DNA of 64,000 nt from Phoronis australis (GCA_002633005.1 NMRA01000098.1:103308-167307), one strand, 5' to 3'. Positions 1 through 14,066 are shown, numbered from the stretch's first letter. The notes: generated by a model from the sequence alone, not told the origin. Numbers and translations: made by a program.

Positions 1-194
1 GAGAGTTGTGACCCCGACTGACCCAGCTAGCACTGTCGTACAAATACTAATATAAACATAACTTTGCTCCTGAGCAGACTGTCACATAGTGCCACCTATT
101 TTGGATTGTGAGAACAAAGCATGGCTTGTCCGTCATGTTGTGCCATCTATTGTTCTTTATTGTAGTTCATTATATGCTCTCTATTTGATTTTTT

Positions 195-330
195 ATCTAG
201 TCTAATGAATGTTATCGTGTTATTCACAATTGCCGCCTTCATCGTCATGATCGTCGTCGTCCTCCCCATCGTCGTCTTTTAGATTCCGCCAAGTGTCGCT
301 CCTCCGAGCGCTCTCGTCTGTTTGTCGTGT
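195..330. repeat. Dispersed repeat fragment (other copies near 8095-8210 and 8475-8650)
   Basis: Shared 'atgaatgttatcgtgtt...gccgccttcatcgtcat...(gtc)n ctccccat...cgccaagtgtcg' sequence. Confidence 0.7.
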
Positions 331-782
331 TTTTATGTGTGGGCTGGAAAGGACTGGCAGTTGATTGTTGATTTTTCGTTCAAGTTAACGGCAACCTCTA
401 CCTGTATTTCATACAAAAATCAACTGATTAAACTGGAAAATGGAAAAAAATTGAAGTCAAGAGGTGTGATTAATGAGATTTGCTGCTTATGTTAGATGTA
501 TTCAAGCTTGTTATGGCATCATGTATTGGCCATGCTTGGAAATCTTGAGCCATGTTTGAAAAGCTCTATGACATTAAAAATCTTGAGCTGTGTTTGGAAA
601 GGCTGAGCTTTTCCTGCTTAACAAGACAAATGATTGAAATTGTAGGATGTTGCATGTTTGATATTCACTTTCATGTTTTGCAGATTTGATATGTCTTGCT
701 CAGCCATTGAAATGAATGTGTGCATATCTGTTGTTGTTTCATTAAAATAACTCCATGCTAAGCAGTAGGGTAGATGTGAATG

Positions 783-1821
783 CAGTGGCGGATCTAGGAT
801 ATCATAAGAGGCAAAGCGCAATTGTTGAGGCACGTAGCGCCGAATGGAGGAGGTCGGGAAGAGGGTTCTCCCCTTCCTCCCAGGGGAAGATTTTGTCTTT
901 GCCTCTGAAAACAAGTATTTTCCTTCAAGTATAATCAGCCTTGATGGCTCTAATTTGTCCAGGTCGCTATTTGCAACTTAACGCGGCAAATTCCCACGAC
1001 CCAGATCGCATTCTTCAAGTTGCCTCTAAAAATGCCCTCTAATTCTTTCACATGTTTTACGAACTGATACATAAGTAGGCACATAAGTTATGAGGCATAC
1101 TCAAATGTCTAATTCATATCTGATAACACTCTGTGTGTATTAACATCATTTATTGGTCATCCAGAAAGTCTTTGAGCACAGCAAACTAAGCTTCATTCCG
1201 TAATGTTTATTAGAAGCTTTATATTTTGTGCAATCATATCGTAGCAAAAGTTGTTGTGTTTAAAACAATTTTAAGTTGCCCAAAAGTCCAAATCCATTTC
1301 TCGTGTTGGTATTAACCATGCGCTTGCTTTACAAGTTATCTTAATGTTAATGTTTAAGAAAGAGAGAATTATGAGTTTCTGAGTGATTCACTAAGTCTTC
1401 GATACCTCTTACTAGCAACTTCTGTTTCTTCATCGTCACTCAGCTTCCGTTTACTTTGAAATAATGAAGTAATTTTCTTCATTGCACAGAGGAGCAGACG
1501 ACGTAAACGCAGTGGTAGTGCGCAGTGCCACTGCTGGTTGCCTGGGTTATCACGCGCATATCGATCAGGATTGGCATTACTTAGCCATACTTACTGTCGC
1601 GATTACTCTGGTTGTCTGAATCGGACTCTTGAAATTGGGCTTGAGCCCCCCCCACACAAACTAAACTTCAAAAATTGTCAAATCTTGTTTCGGCTGTATA
1701 ATGTTAATTACCAGGGTTAATTAATAAACTCAATATTTCCTCATGCTTTTGATGTTTTATATTTTGCGGCCGCCAAGGAGAGGAGGGTCGGGCAACCTGG
1801 GCCTCCCTAAATCCACCTATG
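783..1821. mobile_element. Non-autonomous DNA transposon (MITE-like) with CAGTGGCGGAT...ATCCACCTATG ends
   Basis: Imperfect TIRs; identical 7-bp flanks gtgaatg at 776-782 and 1822-1828 (TSD); ends shared with 2611-2917. Confidence 0.75.
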
Positions 1822-2127
1822 GTGAATGAAGTCTCTGCTGGCCATCTGCTTTTTTGTAAGTAGGAAACTTGCTTAAAGATAGTATTCTCCACCTAATCAC
1901 TCTAGAGTGATATATTACTGACAGATGTCACTACATCTTGCCTCTCCATTGGGTTGTTCATTTATCTTCACCTGTCTTGAAGAATGATAATAACCTCCCT
2001 CCCAATGAAGAGGTTGGGTATTTGCCCTTGGAATATCATGTTGGGTGGGCGGCCAAGTGGGTAATTTAGAAGTACAGGGAGCATGAAGCATGCGATTTAA
2101 CTCCAGACCCCCCTCCCCCCCCCCCCC

Positions 2128-2257
2128 NNNNNNNNNNNNNNNNNNNNNNNNNNNNNNNNNNNNNNNNNNNNNNNNNNNNNNNNNNNNNNNNNNNNNNNNN
2201 NNNNNNNNNNNNNNNNNNNNNNNNNNNNNNNNNNNNNNNNNNNNNNNNNNNNNNNNN
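2128..2257. other. Assembly gap flanked by poly-C
   Basis: 130 N. Confidence 1.
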
Positions 2258-2610
2258 CCCCCCCCCCCCCCCCCGCTCAAATTGCTTCTTCTTACTGGAA
2301 TAGACAGCTGAGCACTATCACTAATGCTTAAGTCTCAGCATATACCAAGATAAACCTTCACCTGCTACTAGCCATAGGAGCTCATTTCGATCTTTAATAT
2401 ATACCTCTACTATTTTTACTTGGTACTAGCCAGCTAATATGAGTAGTGAAAGATTTCTATGTTTCGCTGAGGAATTCTACCACCCTTGGAGGAGAGGTTG
2501 ATGTCCCTGCAGACCTTAAGCAGCACGACTGTCTCCTTCCAATTGCCATTTTGGCTTTGTTTGACCATACGAATAATCATGTGTTGGAATAGAGAAAACG
2601 TGTGTCACTC

Positions 2611-2917
2611 CAGTGGCGGACCTAGGATACCATAAGGGGGCCCAACATGTTGCATCGGCAATTGGGCAAAGCGCGATTGTATGGATGGCATGTGCACTGA
2701 CAGTCAGAAAATTGCAGGGGCCAGGACTGTGGACCTTCTGTTCACAAAATCTATCGGGAACACGATTCTGCTGCGATCTGGGGTCTGATTCCCTCCCCTC
2801 ATTCACTAGTGGTCCTAGGTACTGAACTCAACATTTCTTCAGGCTGTTGCTATGTCATTTTGCTTGCGGCAGCCAGGGAAGGCCGGGCCCCCTGGGCCCC
2901 CACTAAATCTGCCTATG
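2611..2917. mobile_element. Short relative of the 783-1821 MITE family
   Basis: Starts cagtggcggacctaggataccataag, ends ctaaatctgcctatg; shares 'ggcaaagcgc.attgt' with the first copy; no clean TSD. Confidence 0.65.
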
Positions 2918-4988
2918 CACTGGCGAGGGAAACCGTGGACAAAAATGGATACAAGAACCGATTCCTGCACGTGCGCACGTATACCGGTATATCACTTTCT
3001 CAATCTAAGTCGATATGATTCGATTTCGCATTCACAGATATGTGATATGTATCGGCTAAGACTTAGTTCAGCTTAAAACCACTTGCTCAAGCAGGTTAGG
3101 CTTCAGGGACTTATATCTAATCTGGTAGAGTTAATACACAATCAGAAAACTGACTTTAGCCACAGAGAGAAGCCAATTAAAGTTTGTAGGGTACATGGGT
3201 GTTATAGTTTGAACACCAGAACTTCCTACAGATGTCTTTTACTTCACAGCGCACCCTGACTAGAGCATTTTGATCATTGTGACTATAAATATCTGTCTCA
3301 CATGTGGCTTGTGATAAGTGCCTACAATTCAGTACTTTTTGGCTGTGGTGGCTAGACTCCTTCTGCACTGAATCATGGCTCAACTCACTTCATCATGGCC
3401 CTGAATCATGGAATGACATCAGACAGTTCCTAGTGCATAGATGCTGAACACAGTATTGTAGTTTTCTGTCATAATTTAATTGACCCTTTTCTTACTACAA
3501 AAAGATCTCGACTGAAGTTTCCTGCCTGTATTGCAGTTGTGAACTAGTTTCTTGATATTCTCCCAGTTAATTTGCAAACCTAATTGAGTTATATTGGGAA
3601 ATGATATCAAAAAAATAATGACATCAAAATGATTTTGTCGGACTTGTATTGACAAAGACATGTTTTTCTTGGTAACTTAATTTACATTGCTGTGTGTCTT
3701 ATTTAAAGTCCAGCATGGTTGGCACTGTTGAGAAGACTTTGTTTTGTCACTTAGCAAAGTTTCAGAATTATCTTTCAAATGTTCAATTGAAGAGCACATT
3801 TAACTGTTGAAGTAAGCTGGATAAAGTTGTTTATGTTGATGGATACAAATATATGATTTACATGAGAATTCACTGGAAGTGCTTGTCGCACCTTAACACT
3901 TCATATTTTCGCTGTATTTCTAGCAAAAATCAGAACTTCATATTATTTAAATCTTTATGTTTGTACCGCCACAGAAAGACATCAGTTCATGACCTGAAGC
4001 CAGTTCCACTAAAATGTTGTAACTATTAATATGTTTTTATCCAAACAGTCTACTCAAGAGTAGTTACGCCAAAATTTACCAATCGCTGTCTGTTTAGACT
4101 CTTATTTGAGAAAATAATGTAAAGTTACGACATTTTAGTCAGAACAGCTTGGTCCCAAAGAACTAATGCGTTGGGTGAAACTGAGGTGGATTGTCGGGGA
4201 AGTCGATAGGGCAGGTTGATGATAGGTAAGGGGTAGTGGCAATTGGTGGTGAGCGGAGAATTTGTATGCTAATTTATGTACATACACACCCCAAAGTCAA
4301 AACACTTTTTTGCTCTGTAGCCCGAGTTAAATCACGAAACAATTGCACCATCAGATCTTGGCTTCAGGAAGGTGATTGATTGGTTTTGTTCCATTATTTA
4401 ATTGTCCGCCTTGCTGTCCAATTACCACGTTGGCACTAGTGCTCGTTTGTTAAGTCACAAGACTATTTGCAAAATACAATCCTATCATAATTTAGTGTGA
4501 TGTTGCTTGAAAACCACTGTGTGTTCCAGTGGGCTTCATTAGGCTCCTTCAGGTTGGTGGCTGTGCGAAGCACGTAATTCGTGATGCTGCCATTGGATTT
4601 GAGATGATAGTGCCTGTGTGAAGTAGTTTGCATGCACTGATTGTCATAGTAACTTGAAGTCCACTTTTTATGCTGTACTAAGTCCTGAGTGATTTAAATA
4701 TTATACCAAATCAAGTTGTCATAACTGTTGTCCACACTCTGCATACCCCATGTGTGCACGAAGCCTACAATATAGGGAGGTTCGAATTTCTCGATATGGG
4801 GACCTTTTACTGAAGAATATCAACATTTGAGCCCCCCCCAAGCCCCCTGGGTTTTCCCATGTACCCTAGAACAACTTGCACTAGTAACTGACCCCACTTT
4901 TGAGTGGAGCATCCACACACACGGGTAAGATGAAATTGTCGCTCTCTGTATGTCAAGGAAACCTAATGCCAATACAACGCAAGATAAA

Positions 4989-5904
4989 GCCCGTGCGTAT
5001 GTAAGGACAGCAGATAATTACTTCTGCTCTAGCCCGCTTTTGCGGCCATGCCGGGATTACAAGTACGGCAATTTACCCTAGAACAAGTTACGCCCATCAG
5101 ATAATGTGGAATAAGTTTTCACATGTGGGGTATGTAGCGGTTGTTTAAATGGCGTCCAGACAGTACTCAAAGCTAGCGACAACTCTTTCCAGTTGTTCTA
5201 CGATAAGTCTCTGAGTGGATGGCACTATAGACAACTACTCTGCATGTAGCATTGGTGATGGAAATAGCAATTTGACTGACTGACTGACTGGCTGATTTGT
5301 ATTATACTGGTTGATATTCCAAGGATTTTATTCAAAAGTGTTGTCTGAAATGTTTTATCTTAGAGCTCCCAACATGTTGTTTCCTACACTTGATTGAAGT
5401 TGTGGTGATGAAAACATTTCCTGTTCTTGAACTCTGGGTGGATNGCCCGTGTGTATGTAAGGACAGCAGATAATTACTTCTGCTCTAGCCCACTTTTGCG
5501 GCCATGCCGGGGTTACAAGTACGGCAATTTACCCTAGAACAAGTTACGCCCATCAGATAATGTGGAATAAGTTTTCACATGTGGGGTATGTTGCGGTTGT
5601 TTAAATGGCGTCCAGACAGTACTCAAAGCTAGCGACAACTCTTTCCAGTTGTTCTACGATAAGTCTCTGAGTGGATGGCACTATAGACAACTACTCTGCA
5701 TGTAGCATTGGTGATGGAAATAGCAATTTGACTGACTGACTGACTGGCTGATTTGTATTATACTAGTTGATATTCTAAGGGTTTGATTTTATTCAAAAGT
5801 GTTGTCTGAAATGTTTTATCTTAGAGCTCCCAACATGTTGTTTCCTACACTTGATTGAAGTTGTGGTGATGAAAACATTTCCTGTTCTTGAACTCTGGGT
5901 GGAT
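4989..5904. repeat. Tandem ~455-bp duplication split by a single N (probable assembly/haplotype artefact)
   Basis: 4989-5443 and 5445-5904 are near-identical (a few SNPs, one small indel); N at 5444. Confidence 0.9.
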
Positions 5905-7494
5905 TCCTACAGATGTTGGCACCTCGACTGGTTAACTAACAGTCAGTGGGTCACAAGTCTTGCCATAATTTTTTCTTATTTAATAGAGTCTACAATATGG
6001 CCGGCAAATGAAATTCTCTTTTGCCAAAATTCATCACAAAAATAAATGAAAAGAAAATTTCAGTTTATTGCTAGCTTAGTTTGCTCTATGTAGATGTGAT
6101 AAAACAAATATTTGTAGCAAAGTAATCTGCCTTTGAAATATGGCAATTATTTTTGCTTTAAATAAGTGGAGTCTTTAGCTGTGTCCAGAGTGGCACCAGA
6201 CTGCTGTTTTGTGTCCAGAGCGCGGGCACTAAACTGTTGTACTATATCTTAAGGAACACTAAACTGCTGTAGAGAGCTACTTTTGCTAGCTTCCTTGACT
6301 GTGAACAAAAATTCAACAAGTGCAACTTCACATGGATGTGACAATTTTCCCACCTCTTCGAGGTAGTTCAGCTTGCACTCAATTAATGTGCCCCACTTCC
6401 AAGTGTCTTTGGATAGCAAATTGGGACAAGGTGGAAGAAGTAATGATCAGCTTGTTCGTATTTGCGTAATTGAGTTTATATGGTCACTGCTTTTCGCACC
6501 ATTCACAAGCCTCTTGCCAATTTCCTTTACTTCTTTCGTTTCTCTTACTAATTCACGATAAATAAAATAAAATAACCCCTGCCATTTTGCTGTTGTCTGG
6601 CCCCTAATACTAAACGTACTAGAATGACGTGTGCTGACACCCTGCTCCACAACTGGGTGACCAGCACCAATTAGCTGAAGTACAACTTGGGCTAGTTTGA
6701 TCTACCAAACTTTCGGCGAAATTTGGCTTACCTTTTTCGACTACACAGCGATATCGACGTTATTGCCAATGAGCTATATACATCTAGTTATATGACAACA
6801 GACGACGCAGTCCATTCGTATTCTCAAACGAATATTGAGTAGTGGGTTCGAGGCTAACTGAAAATTGTTCGCCTGCCATTTATGAGTGTTTATGAAAACG
6901 ATCAGATATGCTTTTATTTATTTATTTATTTACATGTGTCTATTCAGAGCACGTTGGCTATGCTACAATAACAAAGAACATGTTTTTCGCGTTTCGCGCG
7001 ATCGTATATCATTGCTGCGACCTCTACTGATAACTACTGCGAAATTTCCCACGGAAAGCTTCCAAGAGTACCAAAGCCTTTCTTTTAAATCCAACTGTTT
7101 TCAGCAAAGTTCCGCTTGCAGATTAACTACCTGAGCTGACCTTTCCGACTTACCGAAACTTTGGTAAAAGCGAAGTTTCGCCTCTAATTGGAAAACGACA
7201 TATTAAGTACCCTCCTGGACAGACGTTTTGAAATTGTGTTCATGTTTGTTTGTTCTGGGAGGTTGCTGTAGTGTAGTATAATAACTGAGCAAAATTTACC
7301 AAACAACTTGCCCTGGGTCATCTTGCCCCCAATCAAGTAAATACTTCCACCTTGTCTGCAACTTTACTTCCTTGCTGCAACTTGCCCTATTGCAGGTTAT
7401 CCCAAAATAAATTGCCGCATCTCATTTAAGGTTGGGTACGGTGATTTCGTACACTGTAAGTCATTACAGCTATCTTGAAACATGACGTTTCAAG

Positions 7495-8075
7495 AAGATA
7501 TTTTCAATTTTTCGCTAGGACGTCTACCTTTTGAATTATTGGAGATTTTCTGATAGCGCTGTTCCTTTGTTGACCGGTCTTGCTGCACTGATGTTGGTTT
7601 AGCTTCTAATTGAACAAGATCATGAAGACATTGCTCATAGAGGCCGCATTTTTGACGTACAGGACTGAAAATTGGTACGATTATTATAGCCCACAAGCAC
7701 TACAACTGTGCCGTAAATCGTTAACTTTCGGTCAAGATGGTGGAAATATCGGCAATGGCGCATGCACACCTCGATATCTGACCGAAAACGTTTTCTCCTG
7801 TAGAGGGCGCATTGGCAAACCAATCATTTTCAAACTCATAACGTGCTCGTTTCTTTTAATTGGCTATTATAAAATTTTGTTTAAATGGAAGTCACTTTCA
7901 AGATGCCGGCTCTGCCTTTTTTTCTAAAAGTTTACGGAATTTTGCAAACTGCCAGGATAGATAAAGTTTTGAACGGGCTTTCATATGATATTTTCAATTT
8001 GTCGCTAGGACGCCTACTTTTTGAATTATTCGAGATTTTCTGAAAACGCTGTTCCTTTGTTGACCGATTTTGCTG
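7495..8075. repeat. ~85-bp direct repeats about 490 bp apart, probably inside a degraded DNA transposon
   Basis: 'gatattttcaattt.tcgctaggacg.ctac.ttttgaattatt.gagattttctga.a.cgctgttcctttgttgaccg' near 7497 and 7987. Confidence 0.65.
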
Positions 8076-10116
8076 TTCGCCAAGTGTCCCTCAAGAGTGT
8101 AGCCTATTTACTGATTTCTCACATCTTCTCTAGTCACATGAGTGTTATAGTGTTGCTCATAATCGCCACCTTCATCATCACAATCATTGTCGTTAATTTC
8201 GCCTAGTGTGGCTGAAGATTGAAGGTAGCACTGAACAGTCAGGCTGCGGCCATGGGGCAGTTTTAGAGCCTATAATTTTCATATATATAGGGTGTATGTC
8301 AGGTTTGGCTCGTTGTTCGAGAAATTTGTTGAAAACAGATGTCCGGAAACTGATTTACTTGTGTTTTTGAATGAGAAAAGCCAAGTTTTTACCTACTTTT
8401 GATGCAAAGCGGTGGCTGTCATTTGCTATCAACCTCTGTATGCCGTCCGAGAAACCGGGTGCGTGAACAAGACTGCAGCCTATTTCTTACTGATTTCTTT
8501 GCTAGTCACATGAATGTTATCGTGTTGTTCATAATCGCCGCCTTCATCGTCATCGTCGTCGTCGTCGTCGTCGTCATCCTCCCCATTGTCGTCATTTCGA
8601 TTAATTTCGCCAAGTGTCGTTCCTCAAAGTGCTCTCGTTTACTAGTTGAAACATAAAACAATATTTAAACCTGCGCAACCCATTAATTCGTTTCATGGAA
8701 CGTTTAAATGCAAAGTTTTGATTGGACGCTATTTCTCGGCACTCCCATATTCTGGGATTTCATATGAGGTCACCGGACAAGGATGTATTCCCTGGAAAAC
8801 TTTTTGGTTGCCAGCATTTGCTGGTCGTCAGTGTAACATTTGTTGTAGAAATAGAATCCAGTTGTTTGTGATCTCGATTTATGTCTAAAAATGTATTGAA
8901 GTAAAACAGCAAATTGTAGGTTTAAATAAAATTTATCAATCAGTAATGTTAAAATTCTTTGTTTAGTTGTCATTTTCGCTGAGGTTTTGTTCAAAAAGGC
9001 CATCTCAAGCTGTCATTTTTTTAAAACCATCTCAGTGATGTCTGCTAGATCAGCCCTTGCATGGAAGTTTGCACTTGTTGGATGTTTGGAGAATTCTTCA
9101 AATATCTAGTCATATTACTGGGAATTATTCTTCAAACTCTTAACTGGAATATTGTAACACAATTTTTGTTGGTACAAAATCTTCCTGATATGGGATGTTA
9201 AATTGTAGTGTTCAGTCGAGTGGCGACTCCCAGGTGTTCATCCCGGATTTCAGAAATTTATAGTCCAGTGGATTTTCCTATTTCTCTGGGCATCCATGGT
9301 CAATGACCAATGGCTGCATTTTTATGACCCCTTGTTGAATAACTGCTATGTATGTAGTTTGGTTACTGTGGATACATGGGTCTTGTCACAATCTCAGTGA
9401 TTTAAGCAGATTGATAAGATAGTGAAGCAAAAAGTCAGAGTGTTTTTCCTGAGTAGTTTGAAGAGTGATGGTAGGCTTTTTTCACCTCTTGATGCTTTGT
9501 ACTGATTTGTTAAGTAATGCCTTCCTTTGCTGAAACCCGTGACATGAATTTCTGTGAAAAAATATTTCTGCAGACTTTGTTTAGAGGTGTGTCGTCATGA
9601 TCACAAGAACGGCTTTTACCATTCCTAGAAAGGTCAAAATAATTGCGCTATTTAGTCAGATGCCGCTAAATGACGTTATCAGTTATAGTTACATTTTGGT
9701 GACTGTTGTGAGAAATTGTTGTCCCATTACACCTAATAATTACAGATTGGCAAGAAAATGATCCCAATTACTGCAATTAACTGCTTGAATCAGCCACTGG
9801 AAGTGCCATGTTGTGTATCTAGTCCAGGCTCAAATTTGTCTGGTGGTCACATGTTTTCAATTTACTTGTTTAAGCTAGGTTGATGATGCCCAACTGAAAT
9901 TGGATTTGAGAATGGTTGTTGCAACTCAATGCACAGTTTTTGCCTTACATTTGATTGGTTGCTAACAGACCCCCTGAGTTGCTAGGGATGAAGGGTTAAC
10001 AGGTTTTCATGCGTTAGGGATGGAACAGTTGTATTATATTTGTAACAAACTGCTCATCTTAAGTCGTGAGATGTGTAGTACATTTACTGACCAGTTTTGT
10101 CTTCTGAAAGCTAATA

Positions 10117-11540
10117 CCGTATTCGCCGTAATAACCGCCCAGGGCGCTTAGAAAAGTTCGGTTCAGGGGGGGCGCTTATTATAACCCAAGGCGGTTGAAA
10201 CCCGGTCTCCGAAACGGGTGAAATCGGAAGCTAAGATTCATCAAATTTACGCTCTGTGACGTATATGTAATCTATGAAAGACTTTCAACAAAACTGTGGT
10301 GCATTGCTATCAAACTTTGCTGCTAAATTACGGTCATTTTACAGAAAATTGTGCTGAAATCCCAGGGCGAAAACTCGCCGACTGACTGCCTCAAAATCGC
10401 CGTCTTCAATATAGCGACTTCAATGCTTGAATAAAAAATTTTTCGACTCAAGCAAATTACCTGAAATCCTCATAAGTTTTATAAGTATAACGTCTCCAAG
10501 ATTTTTTAAGTTCCCGTGGAGTCTGGATTAACGGCAGGTTTAAGTACAAATCTGTGCAACATCGTGCCATCTACATGTATGATCGGCAACACGGCGAGAA
10601 AAATGTCTGGACGAACACACATGTTGTTGTCACGTGACGTTTGTTTTGAAGTTCGTCTGCGAGTAAGTGAGCGCGTGCGTGTCACCAGAGTTCATTTGCC
10701 AAAGCAGAGACCGTCTTTTGGCCAGAGCCATGCAACCTAACTAGCTAGATGTGTCTAAAGAAATTTGCACAAGCAGTAGGCTTAAACCAGAGCGTGTTTC
10801 ATTCAGCACTTACCAGTCTCGTGCTAAAAACTTTCGACATATGTCTCGGTAAAGCCCATATTAGTTGCCGTGTAGCTGGATGCGTACGTAACTATCTGAC
10901 AGTTATTTTTCGGCCGGTGTAAGGGTGTGTAAGCATTCACTGTCAGTTGTCATTTTATGGGATATTCGGCTTAAAAACACCAATTATGGTTAATCAAACA
11001 ATCCATCTCAAAAATAATATAAACATGTTTTATAGTATTAGAAATTGTCGGAAATTAGTGCCAATATTCATTTCTTATCGATGCTATGCTACCCGTTTCA
11101 TGAATGGATAGTTACCGACTAATGTCTTTGATGACAGGTTCATGTATGTAGCGCGCACCTCCTAGCCACGTGCGTTTAACACCGAGTTATTTTTATTCAT
11201 GAGACAGTCGATCGATGTGTCTACTGAAAGATCAGACCATAGTGGGACGCGGTCGTCGCGAGAGCGTAGCAACGCTGTTGCGTTCTTTTTGAAGCACTGC
11301 GTTACTTTGAAGTGTAAAGTCACGGATGAATACAAACGTAGCAGTGCCGCTGGTGGTCTAGAAGACCCGTGCAATTTGTTTTTTGATAAATTGAAGACGT
11401 TACTGTAGCAGAGTTTTAGGACTGTAGGTACGTCATTGTTCGCATGTACACGTTCATGGACTGGGCGCTTATTTGAGCAAAGTCTGAAAACGCTTGGGGG
11501 GCGCTTATAGGGGCATGGGCGGTTATTACGGCGAATACGG
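10117..11540. mobile_element. Non-autonomous Tc1/mariner-superfamily (pogo-like) element
   Basis: Perfect 25-bp TIR CCGTATTCGCCGTAATAACCGCCCA, TA on both flanks, repeated subterminal GGGCGCTTA motifs; no transposase ORF. Confidence 0.9.
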
Positions 11541-13490
11541 TACTTATGTGTTATTGCCTTCATACTGGTAACATTGGTTTGGCAGTTAGGCTAAACACAT
11601 GGTTCACCAGATGGCAAAACTGATTAGGACAAAAAAGTCTATTCGGATCTGGTCTGCACATGTGACATTTTTTTGTCGTTCCACTTTGGTTGATATCGTG
11701 TGGCTTTGCAAAAAGGTGAGACATGATAGTACCACTTTGACAGATTTCAGATGAATTTCATAAAAAACGAAAAACTCCATATCACCACCACTAGCTGATA
11801 TGAAATGGAATGTTTTAAAAACTATGCCACATCACACTGTAACAAAACCTCAGACCAAAACCCCACTCTACTTTTTTGACTTAACAAGATCTTTGTGTCA
11901 AGGACATTAAAAAGTTGAGTTGAGAAGACCTGGGTAGTGGTCCCTTCGCTAAATTTCTTGTGAGAAAAGCGGTATCACACAAAATGTACAAAATTATGCG
12001 AGTGAATGTCAAGTGTTATAGACCTATCTAGCGCAGCATTGCAAAAACGGATTGGTTGGTGAGGTTGGAATTTTTAATTTTTGGATGGAATTGATAGAAT
12101 TTGCTGCTTCCATTGCACAGCAAAGATTTGTTGCTCAAGCGTGTGGCTATTGTCTTGGCTCTATGGATTGCAGACTTGGTGGTCACTGAAATTTGCAGAT
12201 TGGAGAGTTTCTCTTACTAGTTTAAGGTGCAATATACAGGAAAATCTTGGTTGTACGTGATGTGGTACTGCTATAGGTTTTAAGTTTACTGAGGTTACTT
12301 GTTTTGGAAAGTTTAAAATTTCCAATTTCAATTACAATAGTCTATTAACTGTTGTCCACACGTTTCATTGATAACAGTTAATTAAATACTATTTTAAGGT
12401 ATTTCAGCTCTTGGCACTTAGACTTAAATAAAAAATTGTTCCCAAAGCAGAATCATTTTCCTATGCTTGTGTTGACCCTTGTATGTATCTGGAGCGTATC
12501 GTATCGCTTAAATAAATACATGAGATGCACACTATCCAAACACCACACACAGACAGTTGGAATAAAATTGGACTAAAACTCTTGGTAAGCCTGACTTGCC
12601 ACCTGTAGATCCACCACATTCTTCAAGTACTTGGGACAACAAATGTTTAGTTGTGGTTGGGAAGCAGTGAATTCTTTCTAACAACTCAACACTGCAACAT
12701 CCCTGACCAATCATTTCAGTAGCTGCCACTTTACTGGGGCATGATACGAAGGTCAAGGTCTTGAGTAATCGTTATAACACTCACCTTTCACTTGTATGAT
12801 TTTGTGTGGTCTTGTTTATTCGTGAAATTCTCATGTCCTGTTGCGGATGACACCACTTAACTTCCTTTCTATATAGTGGTAATATGAATTAGAGAGAAAT
12901 GATAAATGAAAGATTATCAGCCATTGATGTTAAAAAGACTAACCTTCTTCACAGACATATGACAATTGACCTATCGCAAGCTCCGCCTCCTTGCAAAAAG
13001 TCAACAAACAAACAATAAGTTTTACCCGACAACGGGTAAAATGGCGACTTAGAAACGAAGGTGTGTCAAGAATGCTGCGTTCCGAGTAGTCATTTAAGCC
13101 GACACTCCTGGCAATAAGTAGGACCCTAGGAAAAATTCCAAATTTGGCTAACTTTGGAATATCATATCTCAGAAATGGCTGATCAGATTCATGTGAAACT
13201 AAAAGATAGTGTGCTTTAGGCACTGTTCTCCAAAATTCTTTTAGGGAATTCTTTTTAAAATGTTCCACTTTTGGGAGATGACTTTGATGATTTTCATGAA
13301 AAAATGTCAAGTTGCATGAGATAACAATTAGATATTGCAGAAAACTGCAACAGCATTTTTGAGATTTCATTTAAACATTTATATGAAATAAAATTGTCAC
13401 TACATTCTATGTTCTGCTAGAGGGAATGTACCTTTGTTTTTTCTAAATTTTACTAAAATATATGGCTGATTGATAGAAAGTCAAAAGTTA

Positions 13491-14066
13491 AATTCCACAG
13501 GCTTTCTACTTTCAGAATATGTACGGTATATACTTTTATTGAGTGGATATCTGTATTCTTCTAATTCCACAGGCTTTCTACTTTCAAAATATGTACGGTA
13601 TATACTTTTATTGAGTGGATATCTGTATTCTTCTAATTCCACAGGCTTTCTACTTTCAGAATATGTACGGTATATACTTTTATTGAGTGGATATCTGTAT
13701 TCTTCTAATTCCACAGGCTTTCTACTTTCAGAATATGTACGGTATATACTTTTATTGAGTGGATATCTGTATTCTTCTAATTCCACAGGCTTTCTACTTT
13801 CAGAATATGTACGGTATATACTTTTATTGAGTGGATATCTGTATTCTTCTAATTCCACAGGCTTTCTACTTTCAGAATATGTACGGTATATACTTTTATT
13901 GAGTGGATATCTGTATTCTTCTAATTCCACAGGCTTTCTACTTTCAGAATATGTACGGTATATACTTTTATTGAGTGGATGTCTGTATTCTTCTAATTCC
14001 ACAGGCTTTCTACTTTCAGAATATGTACGGTATATACTTTTATTGAGTGGATGTCTATTCTTCTAA
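13491..14066. repeat. Minisatellite, 72 bp x 8
   Basis: Unit aattccacaggctttctactttcagaatatgtacggtatatacttttattgagtggatatctgtattcttct, near-identical copies. Confidence 0.97.

Noticed and set aside
1915-2311. Poly-Gly/poly-Pro ORFs
   Set aside because: Artefacts of poly-C and the N gap.
4989-5904. 455-bp direct repeat as a real duplication or LTR pair
   Set aside because: Copies abut at a single N and differ by a few SNPs, typical of unmerged overlapping contig ends from two haplotypes.
13470-14066. 198-aa and 173-aa repetitive ORFs, or a CRISPR-like array
   Set aside because: Products of a 72-bp (multiple of 3) minisatellite; no unique spacers, no cas genes, eukaryotic context.
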